The notes beneath the pieces are model-generated. The model was given only the letters and a program-made list of their open reading frames with translations. It was not told the origin of the DNA and searched no databases. From positions 21,390,001 to 21,454,000 of the forward strand of contig NC_043022.1 of the NCBI RefSeq assembly GCF_006345805.1: a stretch of 64,000 nt of DNA, given 5' to 3'. This DNA comes from Octopus sinensis (lineage: Eukaryota). The position numbers and the translations under genes are program-made. Below are positions 36,270-50,142 of this stretch, piece by piece (the stretch's first letter is position 1; each line of letters opens with the position of its first letter).

Positions 36270-36500
36270 AATGTGTGTTGTGTGTGTGTGAGAGAGAGAG
36301 AGAGAGAATGTGTGTGTGTGTGTGTGTGTGAGAGAGGGAGAGAATGTGTGCGCGTGTGTGTGTGTGTGAGAGGGAAAGAGAGAGAGAGAATGTGTGTGTG
36401 TGTGTGAGTGAGAGAGGAGAGAGAGAATGTGTGTGTGTGTGTTTGTGTGTGTGTATGTGTGTGAGAGAGAGAGAGAGAGCGCGTGCACGTGCGTGTGTGT
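35961..36500. repeat. Degenerate (GA)n/(GT)n compound microsatellite
   Basis: Direct reading. Confidence 0.9.
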
Positions 36501-36507
36501 TTCTTAT

Positions 36508-36895
36508 CTTTTACTTGTTTCAGTCATTAGACTGTCCTCATGCTGGGGCACTGCCTTCAAAAACTTTTATAGTCAAATGGCTCAACACCAGTATGTATGT
36601 TTTTTAGGGCCTGGTCTTTATTCTATCGATCTCTTTTGCCAATCCGCTATGTTACAGAGTCACAAACACGTCAACACCGATTGACAAGCAGTGGCAAGGA
36701 GACAAACCCAGACACAAATACACACACACACACAATGGGCTTCTTGTCCTTTCTGTCAACCAAATCCACTGACAAAACTTTGGTCAACCCAAGGCTATAG
36801 TAGAAGACACTTGCCCATGGTGCCATGCAGTAGGACTGAATCTAGAACTATGTGGTTGAGAAGCAAGCTTCTTATGACACAGCTTTGCCTGTGCC
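36508..36895 (-). mobile_element. SINE family A, diverged
   Basis: Reverse complement of consensus. Confidence 0.75.
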
Positions 36896-36906
36896 TATAC
36901 ATACAT

Positions 36907-37335
36907 ATATCATCATCATCATCATCATCATTTAACGTCCGCTTTCCATGCTAGCATGGGTTGGACGATTTGACTGAGGTCTAGCGAACCAGACTGCAAT
37001 CTGATCTGGCAGAGTTTCTACAGCTGGATGCCCTTCCTAACGCCAACCACTCTCAGAGTGAAGAGGGTGCTTTTACGTGCCACCGGCATGAGGGTCAGTT
37101 TGGTGGTACTGTCAACAGCCACGCCCAAATGGTGCTTTTTATGTGCCACCTGCACAGGAGCCAGTCCAGCGGCACTGGCAAGTAAAAATTAAAATATATA
37201 TATATATATACATTTTAAGAAACATTGCCAGATAAGACTGGAGCCTGGTGCAGCCTTCTGGCTTCCCAGATCCCCGGTCGAACCGTCCAACCCATGCTAG
37301 CATGGAGAATGGACATTAAACGATGATGATGTTTC
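36907..37335. mobile_element. Two family C (RTE tail) copies in opposite orientation
   Basis: 36907-37180 on - and 37228-37335 on +; both carry catgctagcatgg and a (GAT)n tail. Confidence 0.8.
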
Positions 37336-37344
37336 ATAGAACTA

Positions 37345-37660
37345 CAGCCATGCATCTCTCACAAACGCCGACCAGGCCTGGCGATTTGAGACTCACGACC
37401 GCGTGATCTCCAACCACTCCTTATTCCAGCGGTGAACGCCATAGATATGGGGGCCTAGGTTGGGTGCCAGATCAGCCAGGTTTTTGTCCACCACATCGCT
37501 TTCGCCAACCCTGAAGGGGAGCTGAGGCAATTGCTTCGTAGATGAATTCTCCTGGTTGACGACGGAGGGCATGACCCAGCCAACGCAGACGTCTCGTTAG
37601 GATGATTTGTCGGAGGAAGGTGATTCTGCACTGATGTCATACCGAATTGTTGGAGACAAA
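37345..37660 (-). mobile_element. RTE-clade LINE C-terminal fragment (different family)
   Basis: IILTRRLRWLGHALRR...GWRKRCGGQKTW...NRQAWSAFVRDAW on the minus strand. Confidence 0.75.
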
Positions 37661-37736
37661 GTGATGCACACTAAATGAATATTTCCATTAACTATGTTGT
37701 TCACCATTCAAAGCACAGACTGGATGACAGAGATAG

Positions 37737-37850
37737 ATCTGAAAATATGACGTTCTTTGACTGTGTAGTACACAATCTGAAAATATGACGTTCTTTGACT
37801 GTGTAGTACACAATCTGAAAATATGACGTTCTTTGACTGTGTAGTACACA
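37737..37850. repeat. Three perfect 38-bp tandem repeats
   Basis: atctgaaaatatgacgttctttgactgtgtagtacaca x3. Confidence 0.95.
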
Positions 37851-38153
37851 TACAGCAATTCATATATCTTCTAAGTTGCCATCTACCAATTTCATGCACA
37901 AGGAATTGATCGGCCTGAGGCAATAGCAGGAGACACATTCCCAAAGTGCAACGCAGCAGGACTGAACTCAGAATCATGTGTGAAGTCATGCACATAGTTC
38001 TCTACAAAGTTATGCCTGCCTGCATGCACACACACTGCCAGGATAAATACATATAAAAAACAAACATACTAAATAATGACAGAGTAAAATGCTGAAACTT
38101 CAATGAAGTATTGAGGACTATGTATTCCTATCTGTATGTCTGTACACACACAC

Positions 38154-38187
<34 letters not shown>

Positions 38188-38207
38188 ACACAAACACACA
38201 CACACAA

Positions 38208-38239
<32 letters not shown>

Positions 38240-38387
38240 CACAGCACACACACACACACACAACACACACACACAAGCACACACACACCACACACACACC
38301 ACACACACACAAGCACACACAACACACACACACCACACAACACCACACACAACACACACACACAAGCACACACACACACACACACAA

Positions 38388-38434
<47 letters not shown>

Positions 38435-38930
38435 ATTCTAACAAATGAGAGAAAGAGAAAATAGAATTCACAAGATACTTTATTAATCAAGACGATCGCT
38501 TCGGCCCATCTGGCATCAGTTTCTCACAGGTGAGATTCAGGACAACTGATTGTGGAGCATCCTTCGGTGTAGATGTGTCTCATCAGGCGACTTTTTCAAA
38601 AGATTTCTCACTCAATAAACTTGGATTCACTTTGTTCAATTACAATGCATTTCACTATTTACCCCAAAAAGTCACCTAACGAGAAATCTGCACTGAAGGA
38701 TGCACCATCACCAGTTGCCCAGTATTTCACATGTGAAAGACTGAAGCAAAGTAAGTTAAAATAATCATTATGTTCAGTAAAAAATGTTGATCATTCAATT
38801 TTCTCTTTCTCTTATTTGCTGTATACTCGACAGCAATAGAGAAATTCCTGAAGTAAATCCAATGGCATTTATGTCCATGACACCAGATAGCCAAAGACGG
38901 TGAATGTGCTTTAAATGGTATACTACCAGT
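38435..38930 (-). mobile_element. Possible decayed Penelope-like 3' end
   Basis: SLAIWCHGH...NFSIAVEYTANKRKRKL loosely resembles a GIY-YIG C-terminus; decayed hammerhead-like ctgatgccagatgggccgaagcgatcgtc followed by aataaa and (TG)n. Confidence 0.3.
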
Positions 38931-38955
38931 GGTATACACATGTCTAAAATAATTA

Positions 38956-38993
<38 letters not shown>

Positions 38994-38996
38994 CAC

Positions 38997-39650
38997 ATAG
39001 GCACAAGAATAGCTGTGTGGTAAGGAAGTTGCCTCCCAACCAGATGGTTCCAGGTTCAGTCCCACTGTGTAGCACCTTGGGCAAGTGTCTTCTACTATAG
39101 CCTCGGGCTGACCAAAGCCTTGTGAGTGGATCTGATAGATGGAAACTGAAAGAAGCCCATTATATATATATATATATAAAGGGAAAGTTTACAAAAATAA
39201 ACAAAAGATGAAGGCAGGTGGTGTACAAACAAACAAATGTATTAGTATAGCGCTCAGGAATAGAAAAAAGTCTTTTACGTTTCGAGCCTTCACTCTTCTA
39301 CAGAAAGGGACACAAAAAAAACAAGGAGAGAAAAAAATGTGTGTAGTAGCTAATATATATATATATCTGTCCAACCCATGCCAGCATGGAAAATGGATGT
39401 TAACCAATGATGATGATGATCTGTGTGTGTGTGTCTTTGTATTTGTATTTGTCGCCCACCACCACTTAACAAAAAGTGTTGGTGTGTTTACATCCCTATA
39501 ACTTAGCAGTTCAGCAAAAGACCCCGATAGAATAAGGAATAAGCTTTTTAAAAAAGTCCTGGGGTTAATTTCTTCAACTAAAACCCCTTCAACACGGTGC
39601 CCCAGCATAGCCATAGTCAAATGACTGAAACAAGCAAATGAAAAGATAGA
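38997..39650 (+). mobile_element. SINE family A interrupted at its internal (TA)n by a PLE fragment (39177-39352) and an RTE tail (39365-39420)
   Basis: Family A head to 39160 and remainder from 39420; inserts match other copies in the window. Confidence 0.75.
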
Positions 39651-39699
39651 AGACAGATGGACATAAACATCATTCTTGTTTTATTTACAAACTATTCTC

Positions 39700-40112
39700 T
39701 TTTACACTTTTACTCTTTTACTTGTTTCAGTAATTTGACTGCGGCCATGCTGGAGCACCGCCTTTAATCGAGCAACTCGACCCCGGGACTTATTCTTTTG
39801 TAAGCCCAGTACTTATTCTATCGGTCTCTTTTACCGAACCTCTAAGTAACGGGGACATAAACACACCAGCATCGATTGTCAAGCAATGCTGGAGGGACAA
39901 ACACAGATACACAAACACACACACACACATATATATATATATAGATACATATATACGACGGGCTTCTTTCAGTTTCTGTCTACCAAATCCACTCATAAGG
40001 CTTTGGTCGGTCGAGGCTATAGTAGAAGACACTTGTCCAAGGTGCCACGCAGTGGGACTGAACCCGGAACCATGTGGTTGGTAAACAAGCTACTTACCAC
40101 ACAGCCACTCCT
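39700..40112 (-). mobile_element. SINE family A, full length
   Basis: Reverse complement of consensus. Confidence 0.85.
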
Positions 40113-41051
40113 GGTAATATTGGTAATATTATAGGTAGTAGGTAGCGATTTTCTTCACTACATAAGGGAGTGACGACCCTGCCTGACACGAGTCCTGGGC
40201 TCAGCTGGCTCCAGCTGACAGTACCCGGTATGGGCCACTATCCAGCAGTTACGGAAAGGAGACAACCTTCAAAGAAATCCAGAGTGGAGCCCCGCAGGCG
40301 GTTTAGTGTTCGACTCGACACTCTTCTGGCAGCTCCTGCAACCCAAGCTGGTGCCAAACGTAATACTCTGCACTCCTTTGGACTACGTCAGCAAAGTCGA
40401 GAGAGGAATCCTGACGACTGGGCTACCCAGGATTTCCTAACATCTAAGCACAAGCCTGCACAAAACCAGAGAGGAAACTCGAAAGGACACGAAATGTAAA
40501 AACCAGACTGGATTAGTTTATGCGCGCAACTCCATTGTCTCCTGAGACAAAAGGATGCCAACAACAAACAATTGGTAATATTCCATACAGATTCACCACA
40601 TTAGTATTGTTCAAGAATTTCTTCTGGGAATTTTGTTCTTCTTGTTTCTTCTTTCCTCCAAAAGCACATTTCTACATTTCTACACTCAACCAAACAAACT
40701 ATTTTCTACATTGTTTTTGTGTAAAAACTAGTTTATATATCAATAATACGTCATTGTATCTTACACGTCAACTGTTTTATTGAATCTGTCATTCTTTTTT
40801 CTGTGTTTTTTCGTTCATTATACAAGCTTCTATTTGCTCTTTTTTTTTTCTTATATGTTAAGAAAGGAAAACGATTTATATTTTCCACCAGTAAAAGACA
40901 TCTGTCTGTTAGTGTTGTTTCCTGTTAGTTCTTAACTGCAAAGGAGGCTAAATGAATTGTTTATTAATCAGTAATTATATAAAAATGTATCATTACAAAA
41001 CACAGACACAAACAGATTGCCAGGCTGGAAGACAGAAGAAAAAAATCAAGA

Positions 41052-41450
41052 GAGGTGCAAATGTGGCTGTGTGGTAAGAAGCTTGCTTCCCAATCACGTG
41101 GTCCGAGTTCAGTCCCACTGCATTGCACTCTGCGCAAGTGTCTTCTACTCTAGCCTCAGGTTAACCAAAGCCTTGTGGGTGGATTTGGCGGAGAGAAACT
41201 GAGAGAAACCCATTGCATGTGATTGTGTGTGTGTCTTTATCCCCATCACTGCTTGACAATTGGTGTTGGTATGTTTATGTCCCTGTAACTTAATGATTCG
41301 GCAAAAGAGACTGATAGAATAAGAACCAGGCTTGAAGAAATAAAGTCTTGGGGTCAAATTCTCCAACTAAAAACCCTACAAGGTGGTGCCCCAGCATGGC
41401 CACAGTTAAAATGACTGAAAGAAGTAAATGGTAAAAGATAAAACAAAAGA
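41052..41450 (+). mobile_element. SINE family A, diverged
   Basis: Consensus head and tail. Confidence 0.75.
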
Positions 41451-41577
41451 CTAAGGAACAAACCTATCCCTGCCTCTCTCTCATCTCTTTCTCCTCTTTA
41501 CCTCCACCTCATCTCTTTCTTTCTCTCCTCTTTCCCTCCTCTTCATCTCTCTCACCTCTTTCCCTCCTCTTCACTCT

Positions 41578-41646
<69 letters not shown>

Positions 41647-42296
41647 ACTGAGTAAAACATGAAAGAAAGAAAACTCAGCAATCTTCCATCCATATTACTT
41701 TATCGTTGTTGACGAATGGCAGTGGTGAGGCAAAGGTGATGACGGTGTCTGTGATGACAATGACAGAGAGACAATGCCAATCACCATAGTGATCAGAATG
41801 GTAAATCTAGCATTGATGACAATCACAGTAGCATTGGTGGTGATAATGGGTTTTTGTTACATTTTCCTTACATGTACATCATCTTCATTTCAACATCCAA
41901 GTTTTCATGGGTCAGATGAAATTTGTCGAGGCAGATTTTCTGCATCCAGATGATGCCCTTCCTGACACCAAATCTCACCTGTTTCCCAGCAGAGGTAATA
42001 CTTCTCCATCGCAAAACATGTTTTCATCAAAGACTACAAATGAGCAACATCATTTGTATGACAGGGAAGCTTGTCTACAACTATCACATGATGTCAACAC
42101 ACACAGACGGATGGACAGTTTGATATGGAGCTGCCCAGCCAGGCAGGTGTACACACTCCAATTATCTGATGTCGCATGGTTTCTACAGCTGGATGCCCTT
42201 CGTAATGCCAACCACTTTACAGAGTGTGCTGGGTGCTAGTTATGTGCCATTAGCATGGGTGCATCTGTGAAGCACTGGCACAGATGCATTCTATAT

Positions 42297-42490
42297 ATCA
42301 TCATCATCATCATCATCATCATTGTTTAGCGTCCGCTTTCCATGCTAGCATGGGTTGGACGGTTCAACTGGGGTCTGGAAAGCCAGAAGGCTGCACCAGG
42401 CCAAGTCTGATCTGGCAGTGTTTCTACACCTGGATGCCCTTCCTAACGCCAACCACTCCGTGAGTGTAGTGGGTGCTTTTTACGTGCACA
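42297..42490 (-). mobile_element. Family C (RTE tail) copy
   Basis: Matches 10722-10900. Confidence 0.85.
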
Positions 42491-42516
42491 TATATATATA
42501 TGTATTATAATAATAG

Positions 42517-42818
42517 TGAAGGCACATGGCTCAGTGGTTAGAGCATCAAGCTTACGATTTGAGGTTGTGAGCTCGAATCCCAGACTGGGCTGCGTGTTGT
42601 GTTCTTGAGCAAGACACTTTATTTCACATTGCTCCAGTTCACTCAGCTGTAGAAATGAGTTGCGACGTCACAGGTGCCAAGCTGTAGAAGGGAGGCCAGC
42701 ATCCATGGGCGATTGCTGGTCTTCCACAAACAACCTTGCCCGGACTTGTGCCTGGGAGGCTAACTTTCTAGGTGCAATCCCATGGTCTGTGTCATGACCG
42801 AAGGGGGGGGGGGTCACT
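42517..42818 (+). mobile_element. tRNA-derived SINE with ttgagcaagacact...ccagttcactcagctgtagaaatgag central domain
   Basis: A-box tggctcagtgg and B-box gctcgaatccc; homologous to 63068-63420 (-) and the 52553-52655 fragment. Confidence 0.7.
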
Positions 42819-43289
42819 GATTATAATAATAATTTTTACAGCTGTAATACATAATAGAAAGTTCAAACTGATTCAATATTTTAATTGTTGGTTTCACTCT
42901 GTGTATGTGCGTGTGTGGTACCTGCATGTGCATACATATTACAGTGTGTGCATGCGTTTCAATGTATCTGTTATTTATACATCTATATGTTTACGTGCAT
43001 ACGTATATATAATTTCAATGATAGATAAAAAAAAGTAATAACAAAGTGAAACGAAAAATGAATAACAAATAAACGTTGTTGATGATAATGATAACGATAT
43101 TATCAATAATGATGATGATGACGATGATGATAATATAACAATAATGATAAATGGTTTCTGAGATATAAGAAGCAATAAAGATTAAAACAGAATGAAAATC
43201 ACTGAACATACCCAATGCACAAAAGCTGTGCTCACATGAGGGATGAAAGCATACAATAAAAATACTGAAACGATGGTGGCAGAAGTAAT

Positions 43290-44104
43290 GATGGAGGTGG
43301 TGGTGGTGGTGGTGGTGATGATGATGATGATAATGGTGATGGTGATGGTGATGTTGATGGTGATGGTGATGATGATGGTGATGTTGATGTTGATGGTGAT
43401 GGTGATGGTGATGATGATGATGGTGGTGATGGTGATGATGATGATGGTGGTGGTGGTGATGGTGATGGTGATGGTGATGTTGATGGTGATGTTGATGGTG
43501 ATGGTGATGGTGATGATGATGATGGTGGTGATGGTGATGGTGATGGTGATGTTGATGGTGATGGTGATGGTGATGATGATGGTGATGGTGATGGTGATGG
43601 TGATGGTGATGTTGATGTTGATGGTGATGGTGATGGTGATGATGATGGTGATGGTGATGGTGATTGTGATGATGATGATGGTGATGGTGATGGTGATGTT
43701 GATGGTGATGGTGATGGTGATGGTGATGATGGTGGTGATGGTGATGGTGATGGTGATGTTGATGGTGATGTTGATGGTGATGGTGATGGTGATGATGGTG
43801 GTGATGGTGATGGTGATGGTGATGTTGATGGTGATGATGATGATGGTGGTGATGGTGATGGTGATGGTGATGGTGATGTTGATGTTGATGTTGATGGTGA
43901 TGGTGATGATGATGATGGTGGTGATGGTGATGTTGATGGTGATGATGATGATGGTGGTGATGGTGATGGTGATGTTGATGTTGATGTTGATGGTGATGTT
44001 GATGTTGATGTTGATGGTGATGATGATGATGGTGGTGATGTTGATGGTGATGGTGATGATGATGATGATGATGATGATGCCGACGACGACGATGATGATG
44101 ATGA
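43290..44104. repeat. ~810-bp mixed trinucleotide tract (GAT/GGT/GTT)n
   Basis: Direct reading. Confidence 0.95.
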
Positions 44105-44419
44105 AAAGCATTTATGAGAAGCATTTATTTTATTTGGCTGAATTATTTATTTTTCAAATGGCCCAGGGTGTTATAAAACTCATAATAAAGCAGTACAGAC
44201 TTTTTGATGTACAGTCTAAACTAGTTTTTACATCACTAAGCTTTGATTGTCGGATGAAAAGAGAGAGAGAGGTTGGTAGCAAATACACCCTCCACACCCA
44301 CCACACACACACACCGCCACACACTGATCTCCAGCTAATGAAATAAATAACTCAACAAACAAAAAAAGAAAAAAAGAAGATAATCCTCAGAGACAGAAAA
44401 TCAGACACATGCCTATATA

Positions 44420-44595
44420 CACTCATATCTACACACTCGTACACATACCTATTATACACATACATACATGTTATACATATTATACACATATATACATGCA
44501 CACACACACACACTTGTACGTATGTATACATTATGTACACATACATACATACACACACACATTTGTATATATGCACACATTATACACACACACAC

Positions 44596-44626
<31 letters not shown>

Positions 44627-44940
44627 CATACATACATGCATATATACATACATACACACATACACACATTTGTACATATGCACACATTATACACACACAC
44701 ACACACACTTACATACATACATACACACACATACATACATACATACACATACACACACATACATACACACATACACATTTGTACATAAGTGCACATCACA
44801 CACACACATATATACATACACACACACATATATACATACACACACACATATATACATACACACACACACATATATACATACACACACATATATACATACA
44901 CACAAATATACATACACACACACATATACATACACACACA
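44420..44940. repeat. Degenerate (CA)n/(CATA)n tract
   Basis: Direct reading. Confidence 0.9.
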
Positions 44941-45677
44941 AAGGTAGTGTATTTGCTAAGCCTAAACAGTGATATTGTGTCATTATGACATTTTTATGAA
45001 CCCATTCATAGCAATGTTTGTTTATTGCGTTCTATTAAACTCCACCAGTCCTGATGATGAGTGGCCTCTTAAGAACATAACCACACACACACACACACAC
45101 ACACACATGATCAGGTAGGGCTCGCAGCCAAAAAAGCAAGGAGCATCCAATGTACAAAACAGAGAGAAATGGAAGTACATTGTTAAAATGGAATATTTAT
45201 AATGATCATATGAACAAAACAGTTTCATGTAAGTGTCATGACTAGACAATCATCAAGCGTGTCTATGAAGAGCTGGAACAGTCTCTGCAGAATGGCTGAG
45301 GGCGGAAATGAGCTGTACATACTAAGCACATTGAGAAAGTAAATGAAATGGTGAGAATTATGTCTACTGATAACTAAATAAATATTAAGTTAGTCAGGCT
45401 ATAAATCAAAGAAAGACAAAGAAACACAGAAAGAAGAAAAGGCAGGAAGAAAAACTAACATAAAGAAAGATAGGGGAGAGACAAAGAGAAAGAAAAAGAG
45501 AGGAAGAAAGAAAGGAAAAAGAAAGAAGCAGTCTACTGGAATCAGACAGCAAGAAGCAATAGGGATATACAGAGCAATGAACTTGACCAGTTTATGTTGG
45601 CTTATGATGATTATGATGATGATGATGATGATTTTACACACACACACACACATATATATATTTTTTTATATATATAT

Positions 45678-45880
45678 ATAGGGAGAGTTTATGAAAAAAA
45701 CAAAAGACGAAGACAGGTGGTGTACAAAACAAACAGATGTATTAGTATAACGCTCAGGAATAAAAAGAAGGCCTTTACGTTTCGAGCCTACGCTCTTCTA
45801 CAGAAAGGAACGCAGAAAAGACAAGGAGAGAAAAAAAATGTGTGTAGTGGCTAATGATCTATCATGGTGTCTGACTCGGG
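45678..45880 (-). mobile_element. Penelope-like pLTR-type fragment at (TA)n with CUGUAGA hammerhead-like motif (45772-45808)
   Basis: Homologous to 10455-10652. Confidence 0.6.
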
Positions 45881-46080
45881 CAGAAGGATCACACACGAGA
45901 AGGAAAGTAGGGGAGATAACAAAGTAAAGATGACCCCCAACACGATGGTGTGTGTGTGTGTGTATAAGAGAGTATGCATGTGCGTGTGAAAGAGGGCTGG
46001 TGGTCTGGATGTGTGCATGTATGTGTGTGTAGGTGTGAAAATATATATAATATATATAAATATCTCTCTCTCTCTCTCTC

Positions 46081-46122
<42 letters not shown>

Positions 46123-47567
46123 ATACAGACAATAGGTACAAACGTGGCTGTGAGGTAAGAAGTTTGCTTCACAACCACATGTTTGGGTTCAGTCCCATTG
46201 TGTATTAAGTGTCCTTTGCTATAGCCCTGGGCCAATCAAAGCCTTGTGAGTGGATCTGGCAAATGGAAACTGAAAGAAGCCTGCTGTTAGAGTCTGCTGC
46301 TCTAACCACTAGGCCATGTGCCTCCACAAAACAACTACATAGAAGTTCCTTATTGGTTCTAAATAAATAGCAACAACAGTAGGTGACCCCCATCAGCTAT
46401 TTTTACCACCACCTGGCCCTCAGATGTCTTTAACAGGGTCCATTCTGGAGCAAATATTTGGGCCAAGTTGTTGGTCTGAGATTAACTTCCATCTCTCCAA
46501 CCATTCTCAGAGGGTCTGATAAGGATCATTAGGGGCTACCACTCCTCTTCTAAAACTTCTTCAGCTGGGAATTTAACAGCTCAACCAATTTTACTGCATG
46601 TTTCATCAGTAATGAGGGGTTCCGCTGCCCTTCACTAATGTCCAGTGACACTGGTAAAAGGAAGTGGGGCATCATATCTTGTTGCTTCTTCCACCAATGC
46701 TAGCTTTAGGATTTCATTGAAACAAATCTTCAGCATCCTCATCACCAACATTATCATCATTGCCACCACAACCGTCACCACCAACACCATTAAGGCTGCC
46801 ACCACTACCACAGCACCACCACCACTACCACCATTAACACAAGCCTGGCTACTAGAACATCACCACCACCACCACCATTATCAACATCCCCACTACTACT
46901 GCCAGCACCAGTACCACCACCACCACCACCATCAGTGCTTAGACCATAAATAACAATAATCAACACCAACATTATTAATATATCAACACCAAGACACCCC
47001 ACCACCACCACCACCACCACCACCACCACCATACCACCACCACCATCACCATCATCATCATCATCTCATCATCATCATCATCACCACCACCACCACCACC
47101 ATCACATCATTATCTTCAACATCACACCTACCAACGTCATTAACACCACTACTACCATTATCAGTACCAACCGTCACCACTGGAAGCAATACTATTATCA
47201 TAATGGCCACTGTTAGCACCATTATCATCAATCAACGACTATTACCACCATTCTTAACCTACCAACAGTAGAACCATCACCGATACCATCATCACTACCA
47301 TCAAGGTTCTATCAAGCTTTTTAATCGTCAGGCCATGGTATGCTATTTAATGATTTGTTAATTAGGCCTGAAGCCCTAGGCATACAGGTGTGACATGTTC
47401 AGGCAAATCAAATGCCAGAAGTCAAAATAATTCATTCACATGACCATTTCAATTAATCAATAAATTTTTAATCAGGCAACGAGATGAGAAAAGAAGAGGA
47501 ACAGACTTCTGTCTCTCTACAAAACAATGCTTAGATGTACGTAGTGGAACATGAAATGTGGACAGTG

Positions 47568-48285
47568 AATGTTAGAGTAGTTGAACCAAGTGAACATTAA
47601 AGGAATTGAGCTGGACAGTGAACATTAGAAAAATTGAACTGGATAGTGAACATTAAAGGAATTGAACTGGACAGTGAACAATAGAAAAATTGAACTGGAC
47701 AGTGAACATTAAAGGAATTGAACTGGACAGTGAACATTAGAAAAATTGAACTGGACAGTGAATATTAAAGGAATTGAGCTGGACAGTGAACATCAGAAAA
47801 ACTGAACTGGACAGTGAACATTAAAGGAATTGAGCTGGACAGTGAACATTAGAAAAATTGAACTGGACAGTGAACATTAAAGGAATTGAGCTGGACAGTG
47901 AACATTAGAAAAATTGAACTGGACAGTGAACATTAAAGGAATTGAGCTGGACAGTGAACATTAGAAACATTGAACTGGACAGTGAACATTAAAGGAATTG
48001 AGCTGGTCAGTGAACATTAGAAAAATTGAACTGGACAGTGAACATTAAAGGAAGTGAGCTGGACAGTGAACATTAGAAACATTGAACTGGACAGTGCACA
48101 TTAAAGGAATTGAGCTGGACAGTGAACATTAGAAAACTTGAACTGGACAGTGAACATTAAAGGAATTGAGCTGGACAGTGAACATTAGAAAAATTGAACT
48201 GGACAGTGAACATTAAAGGAATTGAGCTGGACAGTGAACGTTAGAAAAATTGAACTGGACAGTAAACTTTAGAGGAATTGTGGAC
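47568..48285. repeat. Minisatellite of alternating 28-bp monomers (56-bp higher-order unit), ~25 monomers
   Basis: gaactggacagtgaacattaaaggaatt alternating with gagctggacagtgaacattagaaaaatt. Confidence 0.93.
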
Positions 48286-48409
48286 GGGAATGAATTTTTT
48301 GTGCTCCATTCTCTTGGTTCATACTCCATTCATACTTAGAACACAATTAAAGAGCTAAGTAAGATAATGAAGGTAGAGAAAGGACTTCTATTCACTGAAT
48401 CCATGGACT

Positions 48410-48810
48410 TTTTTACTTTCTTTTCCTCTTTCAGTCATTAGACTGTGGCCATGCTGGAGCACCACCTTGAAGAATTTTTAGTCAAACAAATCGACCCCAG
48501 TACTTTGTTTTTAATGCCCAGTACTTTTTATCGGTCTATTTTGCTGAATCGCTAAGTTACGAGGATGTTGTCAAGCAGTGAGGGTGGGGAGACAAATACA
48601 GAGACACAGACATACACATGCACAGACACACATATGCACACACATGGTGGGCTTCTTTCAGTTTCCATCTACTAAATCCACTCACAAAGCTTTGGTTGGC
48701 CAAGACTATAGTAGAAGACACTTGCCAAAGGTGGCATGCAGTGGGACTGAACCTGGAGCCACAAGGTTGGGAAGCAAGCTTCTTACCACAGAGCCATGCT
48801 TGCACCTATG
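48410..48810 (-). mobile_element. SINE family A, diverged
   Basis: Reverse complement of consensus. Confidence 0.75.
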
Positions 48811-49190
48811 TTTAGATTGTTGCTGTTGTTGTTGTTGTTTAACGCCAAGCCAAACCCAACTGAGCAGTCTCAGGTTCAAAACCATTAAGCCTTTTCAGCC
48901 GTGTCAAGTGTTATTTTATTTAATGTACCATTTACTCATCTCAGACAGAGGAGTAAGAGTTCAGACCAACACTACGTTCTTCATTCATTTGTTTTGTATA
49001 TGTTATATATGTGAGTGCATGTGTGTGTATGTGTGAGAGAGAGAGAGTGCATGTGCATATACTGGCAGCAGCTTATCAAAATCCATTAATTTTAACAATA
49101 ACTAAGCATTTCATCTTGATAGCTGATAGCATTTACAAAAACATGCAACAGATCTGAAGAAGCAGATGTGGGAGTTTTTAAAGTAATGCT

Positions 49191-49244
<54 letters not shown>

Positions 49245-49403
49245 CTCTGTGTATGTATGTACACACACACACACACACACACAAAAGCACCATGGCACAG
49301 AAGATAGAGCAGATTAAGTTTATACTCTTTGACTTGTTTTAGAGTACTGCCTTGGGGGGGAAAGGTTTGTCGAACAATTCAACCTCTGAGTGCATTTTTA
49401 ATG

Positions 49404-49442
<39 letters not shown>

Positions 49443-49599
49443 GATGTGTAGCTTATTTGTTTATAATTTTTTTTTGTTTGCTTTTCAAAATTCTTTATTT
49501 TGTCTGGCACTGGATGTGACTGAAAGTTTCATAATAGGAAGCTTGGTGAAGACTATCCATGATGGCTTTGGTAACCCTTATAACACTAATACAAACACA

Positions 49600-49880
49600 G
49601 ACACAAGGACAACACACACACACACCACACACACACACACACACATACAAGCTTCTTCCAGTTTCTGTCCACCAAATCCACTCACAAGGCTTTGGTCAGC
49701 CCGAGGCTATAGTAGAAGACACTTACCCAAGGTGCCACGCAGTGGGACTGAACCCAGAACCATGTGGTTGGTAAGCAAGCTACTTACCACATAGCCACTT
49801 ACCCAAGGTGTCATGCAGTGGGACTGAACCTGGAACCATGTCATTGGGATACAAACTTCTTATCACATAGCTATGCCTAC
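49600..49880 (-). mobile_element. SINE family A 5' half with duplicated head
   Basis: cacttacccaaggtg...gtgggactgaacc occurs twice (49721 and 49797). Confidence 0.75.
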
Positions 49881-50142
49881 GTCTATTGAATTATGGTAGA
49901 CAAATCTGTAGCTGATAAATATGAATACCTTTAATGTAATCCTCCTGTGCAATCAGCGTAAGACAGTACAGTCCATCCAACAAGCTTTTACATGGTTTCT
50001 GTCTACCCAGTTTCATTCTCAAGGATTGAGTTAATCTGACTCCCAGGTAAAAAATATATTTGCACAGGATGCAACACAATGGAACTGAACCAGTGAAGAG
50101 AAGGCCTCAACCATTCAGCCATACATATGTCCTGAATGTAAT

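Noticed and set aside
40170-40499. 109-aa ORF
   Set aside because: GTG start, no motif; openness is explained by high GC.
43015-44346. 300-370 aa poly-His, poly-Ile/Thr and Met/Val ORFs
   Set aside because: All are frames of one GAT/GGT/GTT tract that cannot contain stops; no complex sequence or splice context.
45292-45340. Possible first coding exon MAEGGNELYILSTLR with a gtaaat donor
   Set aside because: Weak donor, no downstream exons identifiable, no recognisable protein.
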